NCBI GenBank assembly: GCA_951406725.2
Contig: OX597827.1
Location: forward strand, 38,936,001 to 39,000,000
Reading direction: 5' to 3'
Source of the DNA: Octopus vulgaris
Taxonomy: Eukaryota
Length of the DNA stretch: 64,000 bases
Below, one piece after another: positions 11,232 through 22,998 of the stretch. Every line of letters starts with the position of its first letter. Within the stretch, counting starts at the first letter, position 1. The notes under the pieces were generated by a model. The model was not told the DNA's origin, did not search any database, and saw only the letters and a list, made by a program, of their open reading frames with translations. The position numbers and the translations under genes are program-made.

Positions 11232-11458
11232 TTTGTTTCAAATTTGGCACAAGGCCAGCAATTTCAGGGGAAGGGGTAAGTTGTTTACATTGGCCCCCAG
11301 TGCTCAATTGGTGCTTATCTAATCAACCCCCCCCCCCCTAAAAGGATGAAAGGCAAAGTTGACCTCAATGGAGTTTGAACCTAGAACACAAAAAGAGATG
11401 AAATACTGCTAAGCATCCTGCCTGGTGTGTGCTAACGATTCTGCCACTTCACCACCTT
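11232..11458 (-). mobile_element. SINE family B copy
   Basis: ggcacaaggccagcaatt...aaaggatgaaaggcaaagttgacctc...gctaacgattctgcc. Confidence 0.8.
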
Positions 11459-11764
11459 TATAACTACAGTACATTATATACATGATGATATGTTCTGCTT
11501 TTGGTAGAAGCAATATTCCAAATCAACACAATAAAATTTTGTACAGAATATTTTTTTTTCCTTCAATAAATTACAATTATTAACATCTCTTTATGTTCTG
11601 AGTTCAAATCTTACTCATGTTGACTTTATTTTTCATTATATTTTCCTTGATAAAATAAGTACCAATGAAAGACTTGACTCAATCTTATTGACCACAACCC
11701 TCTCTCTCACAATTTGTGGTTTTGTCTCTATCCCAGATATCATCATCATTATTATCAACAGAGG

Positions 11765-11968
11765 TAAGGCAACTAGCAGAATCATTAGCATGCTGGACAA
11801 AATGCTTAGCATTTATGTATGACCTGAGTTCAAACCCTACCATGACCAACTTAACTCTTCATCCTTTTGAGGTCAAAAGAATAAGTAACAGTTGAACACT
11901 GGGGTCTCTGTAATTGACTAATCCCCTCCCCAAAATTTCAGGCCTTGTGCCTATAATAGAAAGAATTA
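11765..11968 (+). mobile_element. SINE family B copy
   Basis: agcagaatcattagc...ctgagttcaaa...cactggggtc...aggccttgtgcctataatagaaag. Confidence 0.8.
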
Positions 11969-12075
11969 TTAACTGCAGTGGATTGGTAGAATTATCAGAA
12001 CATCAGACAAAATGCTTTTATATTCAATCCTTCATTCAGCATCATTGAAATAATTCTATCTTCCAATAACACCAT

Positions 12076-12291
12076 AATCTTTTCTACTGAAGGCACATGG
12101 CCTGAAATTTGTGGGGAGGGGACTAGTCGATTACATCGACCCCAGTGTTTCACTAGTACTTAATTTACAGACCCTGAAAGGATGAAAGGCAAAGTTGACC
12201 TCAGCGGAATTTGAACTCAGAACATAAAGACAGATGAAATACTGCTAAGCATTTTACCTGGCATGCTAATGATTATGCTAGCTCGCCACTT
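12076..12291 (-). mobile_element. SINE family B, full length
   Basis: Closely similar to 9726-9940. Confidence 0.85.
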
Positions 12292-12660
12292 TACCAACAA
12301 CACCATAATAACTAGTTGCTGTCACTGAAAGGTGGACTAAATTCTAGTTAATATAGGACTTTGATGAAACCATTCTGTTAATATATGAAATGCCATAATG
12401 CTTCTACACACTGTATTATATAAAATTTGCATCACTGTCTGAGTCATGTTAAACCTTTATAACATATGTGTGGCCATGTGGTTTAGAAGCTTACTTCTCA
12501 ATTATGCAGTCTTGGGTTCAATCTTACTGTGTGGCACTTGAACAAATGTCTTCTCAATGCCTTGTGAATTGATTTGGTAGACAGAAACTGGAACAAGCCA
12601 GCGTGTGTGTGTGTGTGTGACCTTATCCTGACATAACTTGATGGTTGTACATCAACATCA

Positions 12661-12835
12661 CTCGCTGCGTTCTGAGTTCAAATTCCGCTGAGGTCGACTT
12701 TGCCTTTCATCCTTTCGGGGTCGATAAATTAAGTACCAGTTGCGCACTGGGGTCGATGTAATCGACTTAATACCTATGTCTGTCCTTGTTTGTCCCCTCT
12801 ATGTTTAGCCCCTTCTGGGTAATAAAGAAATAGGT
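12661..12835 (+). mobile_element. Young SINE family B insertion inside an older composite repeat
   Basis: CpG-intact core ttctgagttcaaattccgctgaggtcgactttgcc...ggggtcgatgtaatcgac interrupts a degenerate family A/C-type element (12470-12990). Confidence 0.85.
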
Positions 12836-14204
12836 ATTGTTTATTTTCAAGTCTTCCATGGAAAGTATTACCTCACTTGGAAATAGGTGAGGGTTGGCAA
12901 CAGGAAGGGCTGCCTCAACAAATTCCGTCTGACCCATGCAAATGTGGAAAAGTAGACATTAAAACAATGATGACAATGATGAGGATGCTGCTGACGATAT
13001 TCACATTTATAGTATTATATACTATAAAAGCATCATCAAAGTCTTTTGTCAGATATTTAGAACCTGATTTACACTATGCTATTTTGTCTCTTAGAAGTCA
13101 GTTGTGACTAGGTTATAAATGTATGATGAAAGACACTTTGATATTTATTGTCTCTGTAACTGTTTGTTCTGGCACAAATTCTTCTCATTCACATTAATTA
13201 ACTGTTTTAGTATTTAAACCAGCTGAATTCATTTACTTGCTATAAATTAACCTGACCTTGGCGACATCATTAGTTATCAGGAATAATTAAATAGATGGTT
13301 GAACAAGACACACTATATGTCAACATCATTATTAAAAATTACAAGAACCAAAGAATTAAATGTTACTTAAAGACACACCTCTCTACTTCATATGAATACA
13401 TCAACACAAATGATTCTATTAGTATCATGAATACTAAAGGATTAAGTCTTAGACAAGATTCATGACTACAATATATGTACACATCAACATATCTGATAAC
13501 ATCAGCATCATGAATACTTAGACAAGATGCACTTCTTTTTTTTATCTTTTTATCTCAGGAGAGAAGGCAGTGCCCCATGACCATGGTTCTTTACAGAGCC
13601 TTTCAGGCTGATGGGAGAATGTTATCCTTAAATCTACCTCAAATGCTTGCTGCAAAAACCATCCCAGGTTTCATGTTATGATGTTATACTGATATATCGA
13701 GCTTATCAACCCTGGCCCTCTGTGTCTAACTTTACCCTCTACATGGTTCCTGAGCAAAAAAAATAATAGTTGCATATACAGCTCAGGCGTAACGATTTCA
13801 GGCAAACTAATGGACAGAATCGGCTGCATCTTTTTCTACATGTGTCATCCATTACCTCTTTAATGGGGAGCTGACAAAGATAACATTTAACCTATTCTCG
13901 AAATAGCAGGAATACGGTGTGACAGGGTTAAGGTTATCAATCAAAAGGTCACGGTAGGATTTGAACCTCCAAAATAACGAGTTGGAACAAATATTACAAG
14001 GCATCAAATGCAGCATTCTTATAGTTCTGCCATTCTACTGTCCTTGAATGGCACTTTTTTTTCTATTGACCCTTGCCTGAAAGGATGAACGGCAAAATGA
14101 ACCTGACTGCGGTCTAAACTAAAAAGTGCAGAGAAAAGAAAAAAGTATTGCAAAGCATTCTATCTGATGCTTTAATAACACTGGCAATTTGACACTTCAT
14201 TCAT

Positions 14205-14530
14205 GTGACTACATCTCCACTACTTTATACAGATACACCTCTACTTTATATGAATTACATCTCCTCTATTCTATATCAATACATTTCTCAACTTTATATG
14301 AACACACCTCTTCCACTTTACATGTATTCAATTCCTCTGTATGTGAATACATTCCCTCTAATCTATACCAATAGAACTCTGCTTATATGAATACAACTCC
14401 TCTACTGTATATGAATATATCTCCTCTACTCTTTATCGACAGATTCTTTCTACTTTATATGAATAGAGGCTTCTCTAATTTATATGAACAAATCTCCTCT
14501 ACTTTATACGAGCACATCAACATATCTAAT
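14205..14530. repeat. Degenerate ~24-25 bp minisatellite (consensus ~ctctactttatatgaatacatctc)
   Basis: Roughly a dozen diverged tandem units read by eye. A related monomer lies near 13378-13405. Confidence 0.85.
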
Positions 14531-15147
14531 AGGTTTTGCATTTTGAATGATGCAGGATTAATGCATACGTATTAGTATATATCATAATGTGCATGCTTGT
14601 ATGTATGTTGTGCATTGTGTATTTGTATATGCTGTAAGCTTGTTACAATAACACAGCTAAGACCATGCTGGAGCATGTAGTTGGTTTTCAGTTGTTCAGT
14701 TAATTTACCTACAAACTCTATTTGTGCATAAGTGGCTGAGTATTTAGAACATCTGTATTCTTAATGTAATCTTGAGGTAGAATGAACATGAAGGTGTGTA
14801 TGACAAGAACTGGACCTTTGAATTACAGGTATAATCCACCCGATGGGCTTCTAAACTGTTTCTGCCCCCTCCAATCCCCAATTTCACACACAAAGGATGG
14901 GTCAATCTGAGGCAGTGGTAAAGGATGCTTCTCCAAGATTCTAAACAATAGGATCAAACCCGGAACCTTGTGATTGCAAAATGAACACCTTAACCATTTG
15001 ACCATGCTATGATGTAATACAACATACAATGTAAAAGACCTGTTAAGTTTAGGAGAGCTGGGGGGGGGGGGGTACTTTGCTCTGGTTTCATTGTGTGAAG
15101 CAGTGGAGCAGATGAGAGACAAATTTTTCATCTCTATAGGACAGTTT

Positions 15148-15400
15148 GGAGGTGTATGGCTTATGGTTAGGGTGTTGGACTCATGATCATAAGATTATGG
15201 TTTTGATTCCTTGACTGGCGGACATGTGTTCTTGAGCAAAACACTTCATTTAATGTTGCTCCAGTCCACTCAGCTGGCAAAAATGAGTAACCCTGTGATG
15301 GACCTGTATCCCATCCAGGGGTGAATATATTCACCATGGACACTGGGAAACTGGCCCTATGAGTCTATACGACTTGGGAAGGATCTTCATCCTTTATCTT
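15148..15400 (+). mobile_element. SINE family D-related copy
   Basis: tggcttatggttagggtgttggactcatgatc...gttcttgagcaaa...ccagtccactcagctgg. Confidence 0.75.
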
Positions 15401-16102
15401 TTTATAGGACAGCAGTTCATAGCAGGTAACATTCCTGTATAATCTCACTACCTCCCCACTTACAGCTGGGTGGACTGATGCAATATAGAATAAAGTGCCC
15501 AGACACCCTAACAAAATGTCTGCAACAGATCAGAACTTGCAAGCTATGTGCAAGTAGTCTAATAATACCATAACCATTTGACCATCTAGCTTCCACTGTG
15601 TGTCTGTATACAGGCACGTGTGTATACTCACATATATGTCTATATCATTAGTTATTGTAAAATAGACAAGACTTTGTAGAAGTAGAGTACTCAAAAGAAT
15701 AAGGCATTGAACTGTCTGAACAGAAATTACAATTTCAAATTCACTGCTAGTCTTTTGGTGTTTCTGAGCAGAACATTTTTACTCCACACCATTGCAAGCT
15801 GCCAACAATAAATACAAGGATTATATAGAAATGTTATCGGCAATAGACTGGATCGCCATCCAGGCAGAATTTTTTATCTCATTTGCTTCATGTCCTAAGA
15901 CCTGCTGTGATAGGTCTTAGGAGACACCCCCGCCACCCACATATACTCAAGGCTTTAGAGCTATTTACATAGTGTGAAATTTTCTTACACTGCTAACCTC
16001 ACAACCTCACATTTAACTTTTATTTATCTAGATACATGGGACCATAGCTAAGGGGGAATAACTGAACTGAAAACTTCAGATTTCATCATTGGCTTTACAT
16101 AC

Positions 16103-16195
16103 GGTTTATCGGAGTTGTGCTGGTATGGGTTGGACACATCTGAAATACTGCATCCTTCGACATGTCTTGATTGTGAGGACTGCATTTCATGAGGC
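16103..16195 (-). CDS. Internal coding exon (93 nt, phase 2/2): PHEMQSSQSRHVEGCSISDVSNPYQHNSDK; product unidentified
   Basis: Acceptor tttctaaatatatacatag| and donor |gtatgt. Length is 3n and it is open in the same phase as exon 10336-10446, giving a continuous ORF (...SDKP-CCFEK...). Confidence 0.6.
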
Positions 16196-16484
16196 CTATG
16201 TATATATTTAGAAATAGGACACCTAAAGGCAAATGCAGATTATACCATGTAAATCATAATTCATAAAGAAACATAAAAGGCTCAAAGTGTGAAAAACCCA
16301 ATGCTACAGACGACTCATTAGTAGTGATTTCTTAATTTTTATATTGGCACAAGGTCAAGCATTTTGAGGGAGAAATGTCTAGTTAATTCAACTAACAGCT
16401 AACTAATATTTCATTGAACTTGGATGGGGGTGAACGACAAAATCTGACTGTGGTAGGATTTGATCATTAAAATATTAAAATTAA

Positions 16485-16678
16485 AGGCACGTAAAAAGCA
16501 CCCACTACACTCACGGAGTGGTTGGCATTAAGAAGGGCATCCAGCTGTAGAAACACTGCCAGATCAGACTGGAGCCTGGTGCAGCCTCCTGGCTTCCCAG
16601 ACCCTAGTCGAACCGTCCAACCCATGCTAGCATGGAAAACAGACGTTAAACAATGATGACGATGATGATGATGATGAC
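16485..16678 (+). mobile_element. Repeat family C copy (young)
   Basis: Near-identical to 5520-5700, with a (GAT)n tail. Confidence 0.85.
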
Positions 16679-18650
16679 CACAAGGGTGTTTTGACTACCA
16701 TTGTATCAATTCTATTTTCCTAATCCTTTTGTGGTAATATTACTAAAGAAATACACTATCTTAGTGTTTTGATTAATTTTGAAAATAATTAGGAATTTGA
16801 AGAGGTTTAGTAAAATAACTTTTTGTTATTAAGTTGGTGTTTTTTTAACGAAGTACCATGCAGTGTCTGTTTTGGCTCTTGATGTTCAAAGATCAAATCT
16901 TGTTGAAATCAACTTTGCCTTTCATACTTCTTGGGTTGATAAAATAAAATACAAGTTAAGTACTGGGATTTCTGTAATTAACAGTTCCTTTCCCCAAAAT
17001 TTGAGACCTTGTATCTGAATAAGAAATCATTAGTGTTTGGAATATAACTTAAAATATTTCTAATGTAAAATTACCAAAGTTCTTAATTTAAATTTGAATC
17101 CTTTTAAAAATAAGAGAACCAGGGGCATTCTTAGGTGGGGAGGAGATTTTAGAACATGGTTAATTAAGACCAATATGTTCCAAAGGGTAACAAGCTAGCA
17201 GTTATAGTGTACAATGCTAAAGGCTTTGCAGTGCTTAGTCTCATTTTAAGATCAACCAAACCTTAGCATATTTTTTACATCCTTCCAGGCTCAATAAAAG
17301 AGAGTACTTGCAATATACTTTGGGGTTGAATTAATTGTTCCTTTCATACTTTAGAATGCTGACTTCATACCTAAACGAATGAAAGCAACTTGTTTTGTAT
17401 CTCAATCTGATTTTCTCTCTGTGTGTCTCTTTTGCTCACTCTCAACCTACAGCTAATAGTGTCAGAGCAAAAATGTAGCACAAGATTTAATGACTAGCAG
17501 TATTTAATCTCCTGTCTCTATATTCAGAGTTCAAAATCCCACCAAGATTGACTATCTCTTTTCTCCCTTGGTAATAGCAATATATAACTGGGTGGTTCAT
17601 CTGTTCATCCCTTGCCAAAGTTAGCCTCATGCCCAATCAGTAAAAAAAAAAAATCAATGCACCAACTACCAAGTATGTCATATTGGCAGATCAAATTCAT
17701 AGAATAAATGAAATTCACACCTAAAAAGAAATGGGGTTAGAGATGAAGAAAGAAAAAAGAAAAAAAAAACTGCTGTTGTTGATAATCATCATTGTCATCA
17801 TCATCATTGTTTATGCCACCAACAAACCTCTACAGTCACTCAACCTAACGAAAATAGCAATCAAATCTTCATTAAATCACATCTTACTGCTTTTCAAAAA
17901 GTAATGAGACAGGAGAAGATGTAGTCCTAGATACTTTATGACTAAATAGAAAGATGTGATGCTCACAGTTAGAAAACCATTGATCACAGATTGGCATGCT
18001 GGATCAACAACATCTAATACACATTTATACACAAACCAACAGTACACATATACAAGCCAACAAGAGAATTTCTATGCAGTCACTTGACCTTTTAGAAACA
18101 GCAGTGAAAACCCACTCAAATATCACCTTTGACTTACTATGAAGGACACATTGAAATTTGCAGCCTTAGGTATATTATGCAAAAAAAAAAAAAGTATAGT
18201 CACAGCAAGAATACTTTTGATCATACTTTTTACCCATTTCCAGACTGACCTGGAGTTAAACAAAAGTAACAACACCAATAACCATGACTACCAACAGATT
18301 TTTTTATTATTTTTTCTCAGGTTTCTTTGTATAATAATCAATACATTTGTGGCTGTTGCCATTGACTTCGTCATCATTATCATTATTTCTTTAAGCAGGA
18401 GTACAGAGTGATAGAGATTGCAATATAAGTAACTACCTATGCATTGTAGCCCAATATTTCACCATCTATAAGGTCCAATATCTTTAAATCGAATCTAAGT
18501 AATACTTAAACTTTCTTGGGTTCTACAAATGCAATTACCATCTCTTCATCAACCAACCCAAGACACTTTATTTTCTGTTACCAGCAACTATCATCTTTTA
18601 CAATACATGAGTTGTTAACATGATTAAAAAAAAAAATTAAGGGCTATTAA

Positions 18651-18867
18651 CTCTTTAGCATTTAAAGCAGCCATATCAAGCAAAAATATTCTGCCCGCTT
18701 TACATTCAAGTTGGACAGATCTGGCCTCTCACTCCTATCCTACAATCATATTCTCAAAATAAACAGTCATATCACAATCTTGTAGTTACAAGACAATTCA
18801 TGATTAATTCAAAACTTGGTGAATAAATAAGCAGTACATTTGACAGAATAATCTGAATGCTGAAGGG
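18651..18867. mobile_element. piggyBac-type MITE (TTAA TSD)
   Basis: TTAA at 18647-18650 and 18868-18871. Ends are ctctttagcatt and aatgctgaaggg. Confidence 0.85.
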
Positions 18868-19002
18868 TTAACCTCATCTTTTAGGAAACTGAAGATCAAA
18901 TCAATCAAAAGATGTAGAGATCTAAATATTTAACCGTTCTGTTACCATATTTCTGTTGAAAGATGCCGTCTTTGATTCAATTAATTTCAAAAATAACTTT
19001 AA

Positions 19003-19410
19003 CCCTTAAGCATTCAGACTTCTCTGTCAAATGTAATGCTTACTGATTCACATTGTTTTAATTTAATCATGCATTATCTCATAGCTTCAAGGTTATGATG
19101 TGGTTGTTTGTTTTTAGAATGACATTGTAGGGTAGGTCCAAGGAGCCAGATCTGGCTGGCTTAAATCCTAAACGGCTAACAATATTAAGCTGTATTTAAA
19201 CTGATCATATCTGGACCATGTATTCTATGTATTTTGTGTTCAAATTGGCCAGATCCAGCCTTCTCACACCTACCTTGCAATGAATGTCATTCTAAAAATA
19301 TACAATCACGTCATTGAAATTTCATAGCTATGAGCTATTGCATGGAATAATTAAAAACAATGCGAATAAATAAGCTTTACATTTGACATGAATCAGAATG
19401 CCAAAAGGTT
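19003..19410. mobile_element. Head-to-head inverted pair of piggyBac-type MITEs
   Basis: 19003-~19190 is the reverse complement of the 18651 family and ~19195-19410 is in forward orientation. Confidence 0.75.
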
Positions 19411-19415
19411 TAAAA

Positions 19416-19681
19416 CAGTGGTTCTCAGCCAGGGTCCATGCAACAAAATAGTAAATTGTGGATTCACAATAGTATTTTAAGGGCCCCTGAAAAAATTTTG
19501 CTTTAAATATATGTATTGTTATGTATTGCAAGAAACAGTTAGGTTTACATAGTTTAACCTACATAAGTTAATGTGTGAAAAACAAAATAGGAATTTCGGA
19601 AGAAATATCAATAAAACTAGTTTTTAAACATTGAATGGTTATGGGGATCCATAGACAAAAAAAAATGCTTGAGAATCCCTC
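19416..19681. mobile_element. hAT (Charlie/Buster-type) MITE with 8-bp TSD
   Basis: TSD gtttaaaa at 19408-19415 and 19682-19689. Ends are cagtggttctca and ttgagaatccctc. Confidence 0.8.
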
Positions 19682-20077
19682 GTTTAAAACAAGGAATTTG
19701 TTACCAATGAATCAGGTGCAGAGAATCTCAGTGGGTTGATAACAAAAGGGCTTAAATATTTTTCTTTATCAAAATGGGATCAATATTTTAATTGCAAAAT
19801 TTAAGTTTTACAGATTAAGTTTATTTTCAAATTTATACATTCATTACTTTTAAGCAACAAAACAATATTTGGAAAAAATAGCTTATTTTAATATTCAGTA
19901 AATAAAATTACTTTCACCAAATAAGACAAGTCAGCTCGTTAGGAATTCAATCACGAAAGTATTTTTGAAGTAAAATTACTAGAAAGTCATTAACTTGTGG
20001 TAATTGTCTGGCAAAATTTCTGTCATTTTTGTTTTTCGAGTGGGGAACAGAGAAAACTCAAATTGCTTGCAATGAAA

Positions 20078-20113
20078 ATATATATATATATACATACATA
20101 CATACATATATAC

Positions 20114-20152
<39 letters not shown>

Positions 20153-20338
20153 CATACATACATATATATACATACATATAAACGATGATGATGATATATA
20201 CACATACATATACACATACATATATATATACACATACATATATATATATATATATACACATACATATATATACACACATACATATATATATATATATACA
20301 TATATTTACATACATACATATACATACATACATACATA
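20078..20338. repeat. (TA)n/(TACA)n microsatellite
   Basis: Direct reading. Confidence 0.95.
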
Positions 20339-21277
20339 TTTCTTTTTCCTAGGAAAAATAATTTGATTAGAGACCATGCATTGAAAACTAAGACAGTTGG
20401 ATAATGTTAGAGTAATAGTCACCATTTTAATTGAAGGTGTGACACATTGTTAGATTTTCAATATCTCAAAAGTATAGTGAATGAAGTCAAAGCATGTAAC
20501 TTAGAGATTGTTAGGTCACGAGTTCAATTCTTGGACTAGGTGGCATGTTCTGTCATTAAATAAGGCATTACATTTCATGTTGCTCCCGGTCATTCAACTG
20601 AAAACAACAGCAGCAGCTGGGCAGAGAGCGGGAAAAGGAGCTAACACTGCAATGGATTGGACTGGTGCCTCGTTCGGGAGGGAGTCTTGTACATTCATTT
20701 ACATAAATAGCTTGAAAATACAGAAAAGCTCTGATGTCATGAGCCTGTTGGTCTGAGACAAATTTTTAGAACTTCTTTTCATGGCATATTAAGCATCAAT
20801 ACCATTCATTATATAACTATGATTTGCTCATTAAGATGAGAGAGAGAGAGAGAGAAAGAGAGAGGAGACTATGTATTGCGTAGTGAAGCAGAATGAAGTT
20901 AAAATAAAGTGCGTCCAACAGCCCAGCAGTACACAAGAATTAACCAAAAACTGATTTAACACATGCAGTGGAATGGATGATGAAACACGTACATATTTAA
21001 CAAAATTACTTGAGAGATAAATTAATAAAATTTGATACAATATCCAGCATGGTTGCATCCAATCAGACAGAACAGCATGATTACAACTAATAGTATAAAG
21101 AAGTAAAAGCTAGAAGAAAAAAGAAAACAAAAAATGACCTGCGTCTGTGTTTTAAATGGTTGATATAATAACCAGCACTGCGTCAGTTATGATGATGAGG
21201 GTTCCAGTTGATCTGATCAATGGAACAGCCTGCTCATGAAATTAGCGTGTAAGTGACTGAGCATTCCACACACATAT

Positions 21278-21638
21278 TCTTTACTCTTTTACTTGTTTCA
21301 GTCATTTGACTGTGGCCATGCTGGAGCACCACCTTTAGTCGAGCAAATTGACCCCAGGACTTATTCTATCTGTCTCTTTTGCTGAACCGCTAAGTTACAG
21401 GGATGTAAACACACCAGCATTGGTTGTCAAGCGATGTTGGGAGGACAAACACAGACACACAAACACATATATATACATATATACGACAGGCTTCTTTCAG
21501 TTTCTGTCTACCAAATCCACTCACAAGGCTTTGGTCGGCCCGAGGCTATAGTAGAAGACACTTGCCCAAGGTGCCACGTAGTGGGACTGAACCATGTGGT
21601 TGGTAAGCAAGCTACTTACCACACAGCCATTCCTACGC
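21278..21638 (-). mobile_element. SINE family A, full length, inserted in a family D-type element
   Basis: Complete reverse-complement copy. The host element resumes at ~21640 and runs to ~21855 (aagtgtcttgctcaagg...ccctaaccactaagcc). Confidence 0.9.
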
Positions 21639-22269
21639 TCATGTGTATCTTTAATGTCAGGGAGGTTTGGCATGGCACAGAATGTGATAAGGCTGGCCCT
21701 TTGAAATACAGGTACTGCTCATTTTTGCCAGCTGAGTGGACTGGAGCAACGTGAAATAAAGTGTCTTGCTCAAGGACACAATGCATTGCCGGGAATTGAA
21801 TTCATGACCTTACAATCGTGAGCCAAATACCCTAACCACTAAGCCATGTGTCTTTGGTAAATATTACTGTATTACAATATGAACTAGTAAATATTTCTGC
21901 TAACCAGTTAATTGATCATTAAATATAAGTTTGATTAAAGAAAACGTTTTTTTTTCTTTCTTACTAATAGCTAGCATCTCTATATTCACATATTGTCTAG
22001 AAATAAGATACATGTTTAGATTTACACAAAAAAATTCACAGCATTAAGAATAAAATCATTAAAAAAAACTGTTTTAAACCTATCTGGTGTGTACAATGCA
22101 GAAGATGGAAACTGAAAGAAGCCTATTGTATGTATGTTATTATAGATACCTATGTATGTGTGTGTTTGTGTCAGTGATTGTCCTCCATCACTACTTGACA
22201 ACCAATGTTATAGTGTGTTCATGTCCTTGTAACTTAACATTTCAGCAAAAGAGATTGATAAAATAAGTA

Positions 22270-22478
22270 CAGTAATTCCTTGCCATATTGCAGTTTATTA
22301 TTTAAGCTTATGACGATTCCTCTGTGGTGTTGTTTTGCATTTATAATATAATAAATATATACAAATTATGAAAATAATAATAAAAAAAATACAGTGCAGT
22401 ACTGTTTCTATTCAGTGGATTTTCACCTATTGCGACGTGTTTTGGAACATAACACCTATGATAGTTGAGAGATAACTG
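22270..22478. mobile_element. Tc1/mariner (pogo/Tigger-type) MITE with TA TSD, nested in a family A SINE
   Basis: TA|cagtaattcct...gagataactg|TA. The SINE motif aataagta-ctgg is split exactly at the TA. Confidence 0.7.
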
Positions 22479-22769
22479 TACTGGAGTTGATTTGTTTGAG
22501 TAAAAAAATTCTTCAAGGCAGTGCCCCAGCATGGCCATAGTCTAATGACTGAAACAAGTAAAAGATAAGACAAAGAAACACACACACAGAAAACATGGGG
22601 TGACAGATTTGTCTAGTCATCTTGTTATATATTAATACATATTTGTTTTGTTTTTTTAATGGGATATATGGGAAGAAGTAGTAAGATCACATCTCAAGAA
22701 GTTGTGCCTTTGCAAATGAGATGGTAATGAAAAACAAAGATGAAAGGCAATATGATGTGTGTAGTATAA

Positions 22770-22998
22770 GGCAGCAAGCTGGCAGAATCATTAACACGTT
22801 GGGCAAAATGCTTAGAAGCATTTGGTCTGTCTTCACATACTGGGTTCAAATTCTGCTGAGGTCAACTTTGCCTTTCATCCTTTTGGGGTTGATAAAATAT
22901 GTACAATTCGACACTGGGAGAGTTTTGATATAATTGATTTAGACCCCCCCCCATATACACTCAGACTGCTGACCTTGTGCCAAAATTTGAAATCAATA
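22770..22998 (+). mobile_element. SINE family B copy
   Basis: ggcagcaagctggcagaatc...gggttcaaattctgctgaggtcaactttgcc. Confidence 0.8.

Larger units (their letters stand above)
18934..19751. mobile_element. Second TTAA-type MITE (outer) hosting nested insertions
   Basis: Left end ttaaccgttctgttaccatatt and right end gttgataacaaaagggcttaa. Related sequence at about 16720-17165 and 28980-29090. Confidence 0.6.

Noticed and set aside
13545-13680. Plus-strand acceptor (tttttatctcag) with a short open frame ERRQCPMTMVLYRAFQADG
   Set aside because: No convincing donor or partner exons on the + strand.
14205-14530. CRISPR-like periodic array (also 26717-26880)
   Set aside because: Contiguous degenerate tandem units without unique spacers, in a eukaryotic context with no cas genes.
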